This document shows positions 1 to 9,407 of a DNA stretch of 64,000 nucleotides, piece after piece. Position 1 is the first letter of the stretch; the number at the start of each line of letters is the position of its first letter. The notes below the pieces were generated by a model. That model saw nothing but the letters and a program-made list of their open reading frames with translations, was not told where the DNA came from and searched no databases. The position numbers and the translations under genes were made by a program. Source of the stretch: a virus; IMG/VR virus record IMGVR_UViG_3300028326_000183, positions 1,771 to 65,770 of that record, one strand, 5' to 3'.

Positions 1-1537
1 CGCCTGATATGCTGACTCTGTCTCCCAGGTCGTAAACGGGATCAGCCGCTCTTTCTATGGAGAACGCGCTGAACTTAACAGGCTGAAGGCCATTTGATAT
101 GTTGGTCACGATCACCGTCGCATCTTCCTTGCTCTTTACTGCTATGAACGGATTCGTCCCGAGATCGAGCGTGTATGATTTTATTCCGGTCCCCCAGTTG
201 CTGTTCTTTACCTTGAGTCTGGTGCTGTCATCTAAAGCAGCGTTCACTCTTCTTACGTCTTTTTCGCTGTCGGAGAACGTGCTTCCTTCATGCAGGAACG
301 TGTCCGCTGTTATTGCATCTACCGGATCGTCCCTGTAATTTCTGATCTCTATCCTGCCGTACCTGTTTGCTGCAGCGAATCCTCCGAGAGCAGCCGCGGC
401 TGACGACAGAACGTCACGCCACGTCTTCCAGTCTTTTGTATCAGAAACTGTCTTGAATAATATGCTGCTGCTTCCGTTTATGAGCGCTGCTGTAGCAGAT
501 GAGGAATTGTAAAAGCGGGTCGTTATACCGCTCTCAGACGATACGTAGCCGATCATATTCTTAAGGAACGTGTACGGACTTGAATCAAGGAATGCCGTGA
601 TGCTTTTTACATCTTCATCGTATTCTTCTTCGAACGCCAGCATATTGTCGTAACAGGTGAGAGCAACTCCGCCTTCCGAACTTTCGGCATTGTCCACGTT
701 CCATGTCCCTATGGGGATGTCGGCCCAGAAGTTATCGTTCCATGCTTCCTGATAAACATCGCAGCCGCTGAGCCCGACATCGTCACCGTATGAATCCGGG
801 AATTCGAAGTAAAGAGCATAGGTGTCAATATAACCGCCTTCCGGGGTGAAACCCACGAAGCTGTATCCTGAATCTCTGAAATCCGCGGTACCGATCAGCT
901 TTGTTTTGACTGAGTCGGTGTACACGCTTACGGTCTTCGACACATCGAAACCGGATGTCCTTACTGCCATAAGCATGTTTCCGTCAGAATCTGCAAGCGT
1001 CCCACCATCCGAAGCTTCTAGGCCCTGGTAGTAAGTACCCGGAAGATTGTTAAGAGAGATGTGCCTTATCCTCGTAAGACAGGGAAAGTTCCATTCAAGA
1101 GTTGCGCTTTCTGCTCCCGCGTCCCAGTATGTACTTCCGCTGCTTTCGAATGCGCGCCACGCTTCATATCCTTCCTTTTCATGCGATGCATGGATAGTTC
1201 CATAACTGTCAGCGGCTGTGATATCAGGCGATATCTCCGCGAAATCGCCGTCGAACTCACGCCTGTGGAACATTAGCTTTATTACCGCGCCGAGCCACTC
1301 CGACTTTTTTATATCCTGACGGATCACCGTCATATCCATCTCGCCCATATATACCTGGCCGATATCGATGCTGCCATCTCCCGCGCACTGGTTCTGGATA
1401 AGGAGGCTTCCCTGGAGGATGTCGTCTTCCGTAAGATCGATGACCGTGCCGTCCTTTAGAGTCACTGCTCCCGTAACATACCACTGATGCACTGCCGCGT
1501 TCATCGCCTTAAGATAATTTTCTGTTACGCCGTACAT
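1..1537 (-). CDS. Phage baseplate hub / tail-associated minor structural protein (5' part; runs off the left edge)
   Basis: Not in the ORF track because no stop lies in the window. Translated by hand from ATG 1537 (RBS AGGAGG) through ~360 with no stop: MYGVTENYLKAMNAAVHQWYVTGAVTLKDG...IPIGTWNVDNAESSEGGVALTCYDNML...TWRDVLSSAAAALGGFAAANR. Sits directly after the TMP and Dit-like gene. Confidence 0.75.
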   Translation of the reverse strand, partial: MYGVTENYLKAMNAAVHQWYVTGAVTLKDGTVIDLTEDDILQGSLLIQNQCAGDGSIDIGQVYMGEMDMTVIRQDIKKSEWLGAVIKLMFHRREFDGDFAEISPDITAADSYGTIHASHEKEGYEAWRAFESSGSTYWDAGAESATLEWNFPCLTRIRHISLNNLPGTYYQGLEASDGGTLADSDGNMLMAVRTSGFDVSKTVSVYTDSVKTKLIGTADFRDSGYSFVGFTPEGGYIDTYALYFEFPDSYGDDVGLSGCDVYQEAWNDNFWADIPIGTWNVDNAESSEGGVALTCYDNMLAFEEEYDEDVKSITAFLDSSPYTFLKNMIGYVSSESGITTRFYNSSSATAALINGSSSILFKTVSDTKDWKTWRDVLSSAAAALGGFAAANRYGRIEIRNYRDDPVDAITADTFLHEGSTFSDSEKDVRRVNAALDDSTRLKVKNSNWGTGIKSYTLDLGTNPFIAVKSKEDATVIVTNISNGLQPVKFSAFSIERAADPVYDLGDRVSISG

Positions 1538-1546
1538 TTGCCCCTC

Positions 1547-1927
1547 CTATAGTTCCTGAAAGTTAAGAGGGCAGTTCCATGCTCCCTTTATATCTTCGTG
1601 GTTAACGGATTCCCGGATAAGCTCCGGATTCCACCCGTCCGCGTAGCATTCGATCACGCAGTCAGACTTAGACAGGTCGTCGTAGTACTTAAGGTAAAAC
1701 GAAGTCTTGTCGTTCCATGCTGCGAGCCTATTCAGCCATGCGTCCGTTAAGCAGAAGGTGCATGACACGGTTACTTTCCTTGAGTCACGCACCACCTTTA
1801 TCGTCCTTCCTGATTCCGCTGTAAGTATGTCTTCCACTTTCTCCGGCTTAACGCTGTATGATTCCGGGTCCGGGAGCCTCTCCCACGTACTGTTATCGTC
1901 CGATAAGTAAAGATAACCCTTTAGCAT
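1547..1927 (-). CDS. Distal tail (Dit-like) protein
   Basis: 126 aa, immediately downstream of the TMP; the call rests mostly on position and size. Confidence 0.55.
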   Translation of the reverse strand: MLKGYLYLSDDNSTWERLPDPESYSVKPEKVEDILTAESGRTIKVVRDSRKVTVSCTFCLTDAWLNRLAAWNDKTSFYLKYYDDLSKSDCVIECYADGWNPELIRESVNHEDIKGAWNCPLNFQEL

Positions 1928-1928
1928 T

Positions 1929-4190
1929 TTAATAACCTCCCGATCTTCTGCTTACTTTTCTTACTGCATTAACTACCTGCGATTCGAGCGTAGTTTCTCC
2001 TATCTTGACCGTGCAGTATACAGGCTGTGACAGGTTAGCGCCGCTAACTGCCATTCCGGCCCTTACCGCATCGGTTAATCCCGACGTATCAAGGCTAACT
2101 GTCCCGTAACCAGGGCTTGCACCTGCTAACGTACCTGCCATGCTGCTTACCGATGACTTTAGCGCGCCTAACCTGCTGCTTATGCCGCTCGTGAACAGAT
2201 CCACCATGTCTGCGCCCGACTTATCGAAGTCCTTAAGAGGTCCTTCTTCCGGAACAGAGAAGTGTAGATGTTTTGCTATGAAGCTCGCTATTCCCTTCAC
2301 CTTACCGTAAAGGCTCTTCACATGACTCGCGAGCCCCTTTATAAAGCCGCCGACCAGGTCCTTGCCCCAGTTATATGCTTTTTTACCTAGCCCTCCGAAC
2401 CAGGATAGGAAGGACTTAACTTTGGAGAACACGCCCTTGATCTTACTGAATACCGCCCTTAACGCATTAAGGAGGATGCCCGCTAACGTCCTTATCCCCT
2501 TAAAGGCCAGGCTAAAGGCGTGCTTAAGGAGTGTCAGTGCTGCCTTTATCACCGCGAACTTTACCTTGATCACAGTAACTATAGCGTTAACGAATCCTTT
2601 AACGATCGTAACCACTGCCGACTTTATGCCTTTCCATACGTTGCCGAAAAACGAAGCCAATCCCTTCATGAGGTGCTTTATCGCGGTAACGGCGGATGAC
2701 AAAGTACTTTTGATGCCTTTCCATAACCCTTTCCAGAAATTCCGAAACCCCTCAGACTTATGCCAGAGAAGTACAAATACCGCGACTGCCGCAGCTATCC
2801 CCGCGATGATAAGTCCGACCGGGCCAAGCGCCGCCGCGATCGAAACGCCGAATGCTCTTATTCCTGCACCGGCTGCTGCTATGATGCCGGGGATTGCAGT
2901 GAACGCTCCCGCGATGACTTTTCCTATACCGCCGAAAAGAGGTCCCAGCCGCACAAGATTTGGCGCAAGCTGCATTATGCTCCCAAGGGCGCTTACGAAC
3001 GAGCCTATGGAAACTATGGCAGGACCTATTACAAGGCCGATGCCGGTTATTGCGAGCGCGACCTTTGCGATCACAGGGTGCTGCTTACAGATATCGATAA
3101 ACTCACGAAGCTTCGGCACGAGGTTCGAAGATATCCATTTTGCCACTTCAGCTACTGCCGGAAGAAGAACCGCACCGAGCTCTTCTGCGGTATCTCCGAG
3201 GACGTTCTTCGCCTGCTGTATCTTTCCGAGATCCGTACCTGCGAACTTGCTGTTCATCTCTCCCACGTTATCGGTTATGACCTGCGACAGCATCGCGGCC
3301 TTTTCTGATTCCGTGCCGTACTTTATGACATCTGCCTGCGCGTCTGAAAATGATATGCCGACTCTTTTAAGCGCTCCCACGTTCCCGTTCATGGCTTTAC
3401 CCATGAGGTTCGCTATCTGGGTTGCATCCTGAGCGGTCCCGTTATATCCTTTCTGCTGCACAAGCAGATTATCCATAGCAGGAAGCAGTTTGTTCACTGT
3501 CTCCGGCATCTTCGCAAAAGTAGCGAGCTGCTGCGCTCCGGAAAGAGTTACTTCATCTCCTACGACTCCTTCTCTCTGGAGCTTCGATGCGTATTCTTCA
3601 GTTGCCTTTGCAGCCGCTCTCGTAGCTCCCATCCTGGACCTGTAGATCTCTGTCAGTTTGTTTTCCGCGTTCTGCTGCGTGGTTGCGGCATCTATCGCCT
3701 GCTTACCTGCGTAAACCGCTGCGGCAGACATGACCCCGAGAGATCTGCTGACCGCCATACCGGCGTTCGTTATCTTTGATCCAGCGGACTTGAACTTTGC
3801 TCCTACTGCCGCCACTCTCTGGGCGCCGACGCTTCCGAACTTCTTCAGTTCATTTTCGAAGTGCTTCAGTTTCGATTCGCTTTCGATGATCTCACGCTGA
3901 AGAGCCTTGTATGAATCGGCGCCTAAGTCTTTTCCCGATGACACGTACTGCTCCTGGGCCGCCCTTAGAGTCTTGAGCCTTTCGGATGTATTCTTAACAG
4001 AGCTTGTAAGGGCATCCTGTTTCTGCTTAAGAAGTTCTACGTTCCCAGGATTGAATTTCAGGAGCCTTCCGACTTTTGTGAGTTCGGACTGAGTATTCCT
4101 CGCCTGCTTATCCACGTCCTTAAGGGCGTTTTTAAGAGGACCAGTATTCCCGCCGATATCAACAGTGATCCCTTTTATGTTGTTTGCCAA
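1929..4190 (-). CDS. Tail tape measure protein
   Basis: 753 aa; N-terminus MANNIKGITVDIGGNTGPLKNAL, coiled coil, Ala/Gly-rich hydrophobic region, W/F-periodic repeats; position after the chaperone genes. Confidence 0.95.
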   Translation of the reverse strand: MANNIKGITVDIGGNTGPLKNALKDVDKQARNTQSELTKVGRLLKFNPGNVELLKQKQDALTSSVKNTSERLKTLRAAQEQYVSSGKDLGADSYKALQREIIESESKLKHFENELKKFGSVGAQRVAAVGAKFKSAGSKITNAGMAVSRSLGVMSAAAVYAGKQAIDAATTQQNAENKLTEIYRSRMGATRAAAKATEEYASKLQREGVVGDEVTLSGAQQLATFAKMPETVNKLLPAMDNLLVQQKGYNGTAQDATQIANLMGKAMNGNVGALKRVGISFSDAQADVIKYGTESEKAAMLSQVITDNVGEMNSKFAGTDLGKIQQAKNVLGDTAEELGAVLLPAVAEVAKWISSNLVPKLREFIDICKQHPVIAKVALAITGIGLVIGPAIVSIGSFVSALGSIMQLAPNLVRLGPLFGGIGKVIAGAFTAIPGIIAAAGAGIRAFGVSIAAALGPVGLIIAGIAAAVAVFVLLWHKSEGFRNFWKGLWKGIKSTLSSAVTAIKHLMKGLASFFGNVWKGIKSAVVTIVKGFVNAIVTVIKVKFAVIKAALTLLKHAFSLAFKGIRTLAGILLNALRAVFSKIKGVFSKVKSFLSWFGGLGKKAYNWGKDLVGGFIKGLASHVKSLYGKVKGIASFIAKHLHFSVPEEGPLKDFDKSGADMVDLFTSGISSRLGALKSSVSSMAGTLAGASPGYGTVSLDTSGLTDAVRAGMAVSGANLSQPVYCTVKIGETTLESQVVNAVRKVSRRSGGY

Positions 4191-4204
4191 GTCTTCTCAC
4201 TCCT

Positions 4205-4402
4205 TTACATATCCCTGAAATTATCGAAGTCTTCCTGCTTTGCTTTTTCCGGCCAGTCATACTGATCGTTCATCTGCTCTGTGATCATGTCTAACGCGAG
4301 CCCTGTATCTAGCAGCCGTATTTCGGCAAGCGAAAGCCCCGTCTGCCGCAGCCTTAATATGTAAAGCGCTGTAGTAACGGGGCGGTCTATTTCTCCTTTT
4401 TT
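4205..4402 (-). CDS. Tail assembly chaperone GT extension (T segment, reached by -1 frameshift)
   Basis: -1 frame ...KKKGEIDRPVTTALYILRLRQTGLSL...NDQYDWPEKAKQEDFDNFRDM* overlaps the end of the G gene at slippery A_AAA_AAG; no good independent start. Confidence 0.75.
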   Translation of the reverse strand, partial: KKGEIDRPVTTALYILRLRQTGLSLAEIRLLDTGLALDMITEQMNDQYDWPEKAKQEDFDNFRDM

Positions 4403-4734
4403 TTTGACTGAACGGATGTCTTGCTGGACTTTGCCCAGAGGTCCATGATGTCTTTTGCCTGTTCTACCAGAGCCAGAGGAGACTCTATCGTCATCAGCCA
4501 TTCATATACTTCGGTCCTGCTTACATTCATAAGCTCCGTAAGCGTCTTCCCGGGCTGAAGAGCCATGACGCCAGCAAGCATCGAGACTGTCATGAACGCA
4601 TCTCCTGTTCCGTCGTCCATTTCCTCCATATCTTTTACGAGGTCTCCCCCGCTCACGTTATGATAGATTATCGGTGTTATCGCTGTCGCTTCGAACAGCA
4701 CTTCTTTTCCGTCTATATCGATCGTCTTCTTCAT
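4387..4734 (-). CDS. Tail assembly chaperone G
   Basis: 115 aa MKKTIDIDGKEVLFEATAITPIIY..., between the major tail protein and the TMP; ends CAG TCA AAA AAA AAG GAG AAA TAG. Confidence 0.85.
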   Translation of the reverse strand: MKKTIDIDGKEVLFEATAITPIIYHNVSGGDLVKDMEEMDDGTGDAFMTVSMLAGVMALQPGKTLTELMNVSRTEVYEWLMTIESPLALVEQAKDIMDLWAKSSKTSVQSKKKEK

Positions 4735-4746
4735 GTGTTACCTCCA

Positions 4747-5373
4747 TCAGCTTCCGGACGTTGAGCTTGTAGTTGTTTTCGTGTACTCAGGAGTTGGCAC
4801 TGCCGAGAACCAGCCTGTATATGCAGAGTCGGCTTCATTTGCGAATGCCTTCACGATGTTCTTCACCGTTCCGGCAGCATCGACAGTCATCGGCTGAGGA
4901 CTTGCCGTGATCGTGATCTCGTCATCGTCCGGCTCCTGCTGGTTGTCCTTGTTCTCACCTGAAAGGTCAGGCCTCGATGCCGTGCAGTTATACATCACGT
5001 GTCTTGTGTGATACTTGTCGCCTTTGAACTCGAAAAGACACGCGAACACAGGCATGTCCGCATCCGCATCTTCGTACTGAAGGCCCTTGGTACTGTCTTT
5101 TACCTCCGCGAGTACTGCCTGCCTCATAGCATCAGACAGCATTACTTCCTTCGCCGTAATCTCGTATCCTGTATTAGACGTATTGACGAGATAGTTTATC
5201 CCGTCGGCTCTCGTTATGCTCTGGCTGCCCTGAGCCTTTGCGGCTATCGATTCGATGCCGGGCTCCTTTACAGGAACTCCGTAAGTCACCATGCCGGTTG
5301 CGGGATCTTTTGTCCCGACGGCATAGTAGAAATTTAGCACATCAAAGTGCTTCTTGTTATTTGCTGTTGCCAT
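4747..5373 (-). CDS. Major tail protein (phi13-like family)
   Basis: 208 aa; motifs YGVPVKEPG, ADGINY, NTGYE, FACLFEFKGD, RHVMYNCTASRP; position. Confidence 0.9.
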   Translation of the reverse strand: MATANNKKHFDVLNFYYAVGTKDPATGMVTYGVPVKEPGIESIAAKAQGSQSITRADGINYLVNTSNTGYEITAKEVMLSDAMRQAVLAEVKDSTKGLQYEDADADMPVFACLFEFKGDKYHTRHVMYNCTASRPDLSGENKDNQQEPDDDEITITASPQPMTVDAAGTVKNIVKAFANEADSAYTGWFSAVPTPEYTKTTTSSTSGS

Positions 5374-5397
5374 ATTGTTTCCTCCTTTTGTTGCACT

Positions 5398-5424
5398 AAA
5401 AAAGCATCCTTTTTACAGGACGCC
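5398..5424 (-). terminator. Intrinsic terminator closing the moron at 5457-6777
   Basis: Minus strand GGCGTCCT-GTAAAA-AGGATGC followed by T6. Confidence 0.7.
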
Positions 5425-5456
5425 GATTATAATTTACGTACTATACGTTAAAAGCA

Positions 5457-6125
5457 TCAGTCAAGGTCAGAAGAGTATTCCACGTCTAATGCTCCCATGT
5501 TTTTCAATTCTTTAACCATTTCCGTTTCAAGCTGTTCAAACAACTGCTGATCGATATCGCCCAAGCTTTCCGGAACCAATGAATAACTGGTATTGTTATA
5601 TACGAAGCTTATCGATGCGTTCTTTACGAACCATTCTCTTGTAAAATCAATTGAAAGGGCCTTAGCTCTCCATTTTTCAACAAATTGTTTTAGCTCCGCA
5701 GGCAGTTCCATGTTATCTCCGTTGTCACTGATTTCTGTTGAACTTATATACCTGCTCCGATGTATCCATTCATATCCAGTCGGAGAATCATCGCATTCAA
5801 ATTGTTCATAATCATCGATGTTTTTGGTCGGCTTTGTATATGTAACGATTGGAACGCTCGAATCATATGCTGGATCTTCTTCATCAGCTGCCATCATATC
5901 CGGCATCGATGCTAAGATTTCGTCATTAAACTCTTCCTGCATTCTGATCATCATGCCGTGCTGATCCGCACCATCAAGTTTCTTAAGTTCTTCGTAGAAA
6001 ACTTTTTCATACTCATCCTCGAGCATGAGTTCATCGCCATAACATACTGCCTGTGAGATCTTTTGTCTGCTTATGATGTTCATGTGGTTATAAGCTTCAT
6101 TGAATTTTTTCTCATCAAATTTCAT
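5457..6125 (-). CDS. Hypothetical acidic protein (moron)
   Basis: About 222 aa, AT-rich; RBS GAGGTG before ATG 6125; no family recognised. Confidence 0.8.
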   Translation of the reverse strand: MKFDEKKFNEAYNHMNIISRQKISQAVCYGDELMLEDEYEKVFYEELKKLDGADQHGMMIRMQEEFNDEILASMPDMMAADEEDPAYDSSVPIVTYTKPTKNIDDYEQFECDDSPTGYEWIHRSRYISSTEISDNGDNMELPAELKQFVEKWRAKALSIDFTREWFVKNASISFVYNNTSYSLVPESLGDIDQQLFEQLETEMVKELKNMGALDVEYSSDLD

Positions 6126-6249
6126 TACTATCACCTCTATTCTAAAGATAATGATAGCATGATTCCTATTGATATAAGTCCCGAAATTTGCTCATACAGA
6201 AATCGCGTATAGAGGCTCTGTTTCTATACACGTACTGATATCACTCAAG

Positions 6250-6777
6250 TTATTTGTAATATCCTGTTTTCCAAAACCCTCTATTATGTTTTTTAGCATA
6301 TGACTGCGCTTTCTTGAACATTGAAACGTATTGAGTATTTGGAGCTATTGTCATCATTCTGGCGTATCCTATTTTAAGAAGTTTATAATTATAGAATTCT
6401 TTCCCGATGTATACATACGCGAGCATTCTTCCATACTTATCTGTCGGGTCTTTTCCCGGTACTATCTTTACGGTTTTACCTGTAAGTCTCTTCTTTGTGT
6501 ATTTACTGGCAATTTTCCCCTCTTTGCAGTTTCTGCTTGCATCAGGATTTACGCTTTCCGGGGTGTCCACTCCGATCAGTCTTGTTCTGGTATTTTCCCC
6601 GTTATACTTAACTATTATAGTATCGCCGTCAACTACTCTTACCACACTGCATTTTTGAGTTGTATATTCTGCTGCATACACTGCCACAGGCATATATAAA
6701 GACAAACAAATCAGTACTGTAAACGCTGTGAGTAATGCAATGATTTTAGATGCTTTGGTATTTCTATATGCACACAT
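6250..6777 (-). CDS. Secreted thermonuclease (SNase family)
   Basis: N-terminal hydrophobic signal ending VYA; SNase motifs VVRVVDGDT, RLIGVDTPE, DKYGRMLAYVY, LLKIGYAR. Confidence 0.92.
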   Translation of the reverse strand: MCAYRNTKASKIIALLTAFTVLICLSLYMPVAVYAAEYTTQKCSVVRVVDGDTIIVKYNGENTRTRLIGVDTPESVNPDASRNCKEGKIASKYTKKRLTGKTVKIVPGKDPTDKYGRMLAYVYIGKEFYNYKLLKIGYARMMTIAPNTQYVSMFKKAQSYAKKHNRGFWKTGYYK

Positions 6778-6814
6778 ATATTGCTCCTCTCCGGAATGTC
6801 GATATTACATCCAT

Positions 6815-6823
6815 ATTATATCA
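6815..6823 (-). promoter_or_regulatory. Extended -10 promoter of the SNase moron
   Basis: TGATATAAT about 40 nt upstream of the ATG, in the gap after the tail terminator gene. Confidence 0.55.
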
Positions 6824-6839
6824 CTGCCCTCGCTATTAT

Positions 6840-7160
6840 CTATACTTCCATTTCATATAGAACTTCGTAGAGAGATTCCGATTCTATCCACGTTTCGCTT
6901 TTATCATAAAAAATGCCGTAGCTGTCAAGCACGGCTTCAACTTCATCTTCTCTATCCGGCAGCTTCTTATCTGTATAAAGTTCGATATGAAGCACCTTGT
7001 TTTTACAATACACCCCGCCATCCGCAGATACATTGTCCGAACTTGGAAGCAGCATCAGAAGGAACGGAGGGTCAGGTGACTCCCCTTCGGCAAAATGATC
7101 ATACGCGAGCGGGAGCCCCATCTTCTTTATCATCAGTATTATCTCGCTGTGTTCCATCAT
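6840..7160 (-). CDS. Tail terminator / tail completion protein
   Basis: 106 aa LPLAYDHFAEGESPDPPF...IELYTDKK...ETWIESESLYEVLYE; position. Confidence 0.75.
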   Translation of the reverse strand: MMEHSEIILMIKKMGLPLAYDHFAEGESPDPPFLLMLLPSSDNVSADGGVYCKNKVLHIELYTDKKLPDREDEVEAVLDSYGIFYDKSETWIESESLYEVLYEMEV

Positions 7161-7525
7161 ATCTTCCTTTCAAGTTTCTGTTCGAGGCTTTCAAGGCCCT
7201 TCTCCTCGGCCGGCTTTATATGAGGCTGCGCTTTGGTCCTGCCGCCATTACGCATCGCATGACCATATTCAAGAAGATGAGCAAGGCGGTATCCGTTTTT
7301 GTCTGCATAGACAGTGTATGTAACCATGCTGCCATCCTCAGATTTCTTCTTGCTTCTCCAGCTTTTTTTGTATTTACCGGTAGCGCCTACCGGCGCATTA
7401 CTCCTTATATCATTCTTTACTTCATCCGCTGTCTCTTTTACAGCTTCCTTAACGATCTCGGTAGTTTCTTCCGTATACTCAGTAAGCTCATCCATGATCG
7501 CATCCGCCAGTTTCTCCGCTTTCAT
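7157..7525 (-). CDS. HK97 gp10-family neck protein
   Basis: APVGATGKYKKSW, YRLAHLLEYGHAMRNGGRT, PHIKPAEE; ATGA overlap with the upstream gene. Confidence 0.85.
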   Translation of the reverse strand: MKAEKLADAIMDELTEYTEETTEIVKEAVKETADEVKNDIRSNAPVGATGKYKKSWRSKKKSEDGSMVTYTVYADKNGYRLAHLLEYGHAMRNGGRTKAQPHIKPAEEKGLESLEQKLERKI

Positions 7526-7854
7526 CTTCTCACCTTCCTGCACCTGAACTTGAGCGCTTTCTTCTTATTGCTGAGATGATCGACCGCGAGGATGTCATAC
7601 AGCTCATCGTTAAGCACTATGCGGTATCCTGTTACATTCACTGACGCGGCTTTCCTGCAGTATCTTACCGTTACCGCCATCTCGCTGTTATCAACGGTCT
7701 CCCCTGCTGCCTCCGTCTCGCTGCCGCCTTCTCCCGAAATAGTCGCATTACATTTGTAATAATCTGTCCAGGTATTTACATGATTTCCGTATTCATCGGC
7801 ATCGACAGTCTGTTTCTGGAACATTACTTTCGTGTTCAGCAGTGCTATATCCAT
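7522..7854 (-). CDS. Head closure / head-tail adaptor (SPP1 gp16-like)
   Basis: 110 aa; DEYGNHVNTW, TVRYC, YRIVLNDELYDILAVD; position. Confidence 0.85.
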   Translation of the reverse strand: MDIALLNTKVMFQKQTVDADEYGNHVNTWTDYYKCNATISGEGGSETEAAGETVDNSEMAVTVRYCRKAASVNVTGYRIVLNDELYDILAVDHLSNKKKALKFRCRKVRR

Positions 7855-8129
7855 TAGAACCCCGCCTCTCTGCTTCCTGCAAGAAGGCTCCTGAGAGTCA
7901 GCATAAGTTCATGGAAGTCAGCTTCTTCCCTGTGTTCATAGCAGTACGCCGCAGTATACATTACGGCTGTCCTGGCATTCGCTGTTTCCGCTAACTTCGC
8001 GCTGTCGTCAGTCCTGATGATATCCATGCATATTCGTTCAGCAGATTCCAGAAGATGCCCTATAAGTTCATCGTCATCCGTATAGTCGACGTGAAGATAC
8101 TGCTTTGCTTCTTCAAGTGTGATCAGCAT
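7854..8129 (-). CDS. Head-tail connector (HK97 gp6-like)
   Basis: MLITLEEAKQYLHVDYTDDDELI...YEHRE. Confidence 0.9.
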   Translation of the reverse strand: MLITLEEAKQYLHVDYTDDDELIGHLLESAERICMDIIRTDDSAKLAETANARTAVMYTAAYCYEHREEADFHELMLTLRSLLAGSREAGF

Positions 8130-8206
8130 TAGTGCCTCCTTTTAGTGACCTCAGGGCCGCATATTAGGCTGCGGCCCCTCAGACTAACTTATATATATGT
8201 CAGGAC

Positions 8207-9397
8207 TTAAGCAGACTTCATCTGCATTGTCTTAACAGCTTCCGGAAGGATAAGCTTTCCGTCGGTACGTTCTGATGCAAGGAATCCGATCTGACCGTTT
8301 GCAGCGTAAAGCTCATTCAGTCTCTTAAATGATCTTCCCTGCCTGTCCGCGATCCAGTAGTATGAGTAATCACCAAACGTCATTACTTTATTACCGGCAG
8401 CGACTTCAGGCATGAATGTTGATGTCCTGTAAGCACAGTTAAGTATCGTATCAGGCTCTCCCATCTGTACAGACGGCTGCCATATGTACGAGCCGTTGTT
8501 ATCCTTAAGCTTCCTGAGAGCACTTACCGTAGTATCGTTAAGTATCCAGGATGCATTCGCCCTGTATGGCGCACGAAGTGAATAGTAGAGATCCATTACA
8601 TTATCGAAAGTAATGGAAGCTCCGGAAGTTGTGATCCCTACTTCAGCCGATGTTATAAGGCCGGTAGGTTTGCTCTTTCCGTCTCCAGAAATAAAGCCTT
8701 CCTCTTCCTTTGTGCCTATCCTTCTTCCGAACTCGTTAGCGATATATGATTCAAGGTCGAATGCATTATCGTTTAAAAGTTCTTCTGAAACCTTGATAGC
8801 GGTTCCCAGTTTATATGCACTGAGCGTTACCTGATTGAACTTGTCATCGCTTTCAGGATAAAGGCCGTTCTCGTCCATCCATGCAGCTTCTCCGTGACTG
8901 GCAACTACAGGAATCTTTCTATCGCCGCTCTGAGTAGTAATGACCGTCGCGATGCTTCTGAAGAAGTTTGCATCCTGCAGCGCGTCGATGAGCTTTCTTT
9001 CGAACTCATCCGGCACAAGGTACCCTCCGTCTGCGTCTGTGCCAATGGTCAGCACATCGTTCACATCATAGAAGCCTTTCTTTCTCAGGCTGTCCCAGAA
9101 CACTTTCTTGTATTCTGCTGATGCCGTCCCCTTCTTTTCTTCCTTTGGTGCTGTGCCTCCTGGGATGTTGGTTATAGGCTTTGAAGTAGGCTTTGCCATC
9201 TCTTCATCGATTGCAGCCTGCTTTTCCAGTCTGTCAATTTCTTTCCCGAGAGCTACAACGTCGGCCTCCATCTTGTCGTAAGTTTCAGCATCTTCTGCTG
9301 ATACGGTTCCTTCAGGAGACCTTTTTGTTTCAAGGAAAGCCTTAGCAGCCTCCCAGTCCTTGGCTCTCTTTTCTCTAAGTTCTAATATCTGGTTCAT
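8207..9397 (-). CDS. Major capsid protein, HK97 fold
   Basis: 396 aa; N-terminal coiled-coil delta domain, DGGYLVPDEF, SEELLNDNAFDLESYI, GDYSYYWIADRQG. Confidence 0.97.
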   Translation of the reverse strand: MNQILELREKRAKDWEAAKAFLETKRSPEGTVSAEDAETYDKMEADVVALGKEIDRLEKQAAIDEEMAKPTSKPITNIPGGTAPKEEKKGTASAEYKKVFWDSLRKKGFYDVNDVLTIGTDADGGYLVPDEFERKLIDALQDANFFRSIATVITTQSGDRKIPVVASHGEAAWMDENGLYPESDDKFNQVTLSAYKLGTAIKVSEELLNDNAFDLESYIANEFGRRIGTKEEEGFISGDGKSKPTGLITSAEVGITTSGASITFDNVMDLYYSLRAPYRANASWILNDTTVSALRKLKDNNGSYIWQPSVQMGEPDTILNCAYRTSTFMPEVAAGNKVMTFGDYSYYWIADRQGRSFKRLNELYAANGQIGFLASERTDGKLILPEAVKTMQMKSA

Positions 9398-9407
9398 TTG
9401 TTCCTCC

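Noticed and set aside
2362-3432. 356-aa plus-strand ORF (and many other plus-strand ORFs in the track)
   Set aside because: Antisense shadows of well-supported minus-strand genes, with no RBS or motifs. The only credible plus-strand coding frame is the inverted hsdS cassette.
8154-8177. GC hairpin after the major capsid gene
   Set aside because: No U-tract on the coding strand; an ordinary mRNA-stabilising or attenuating stem commonly found after capsid genes.
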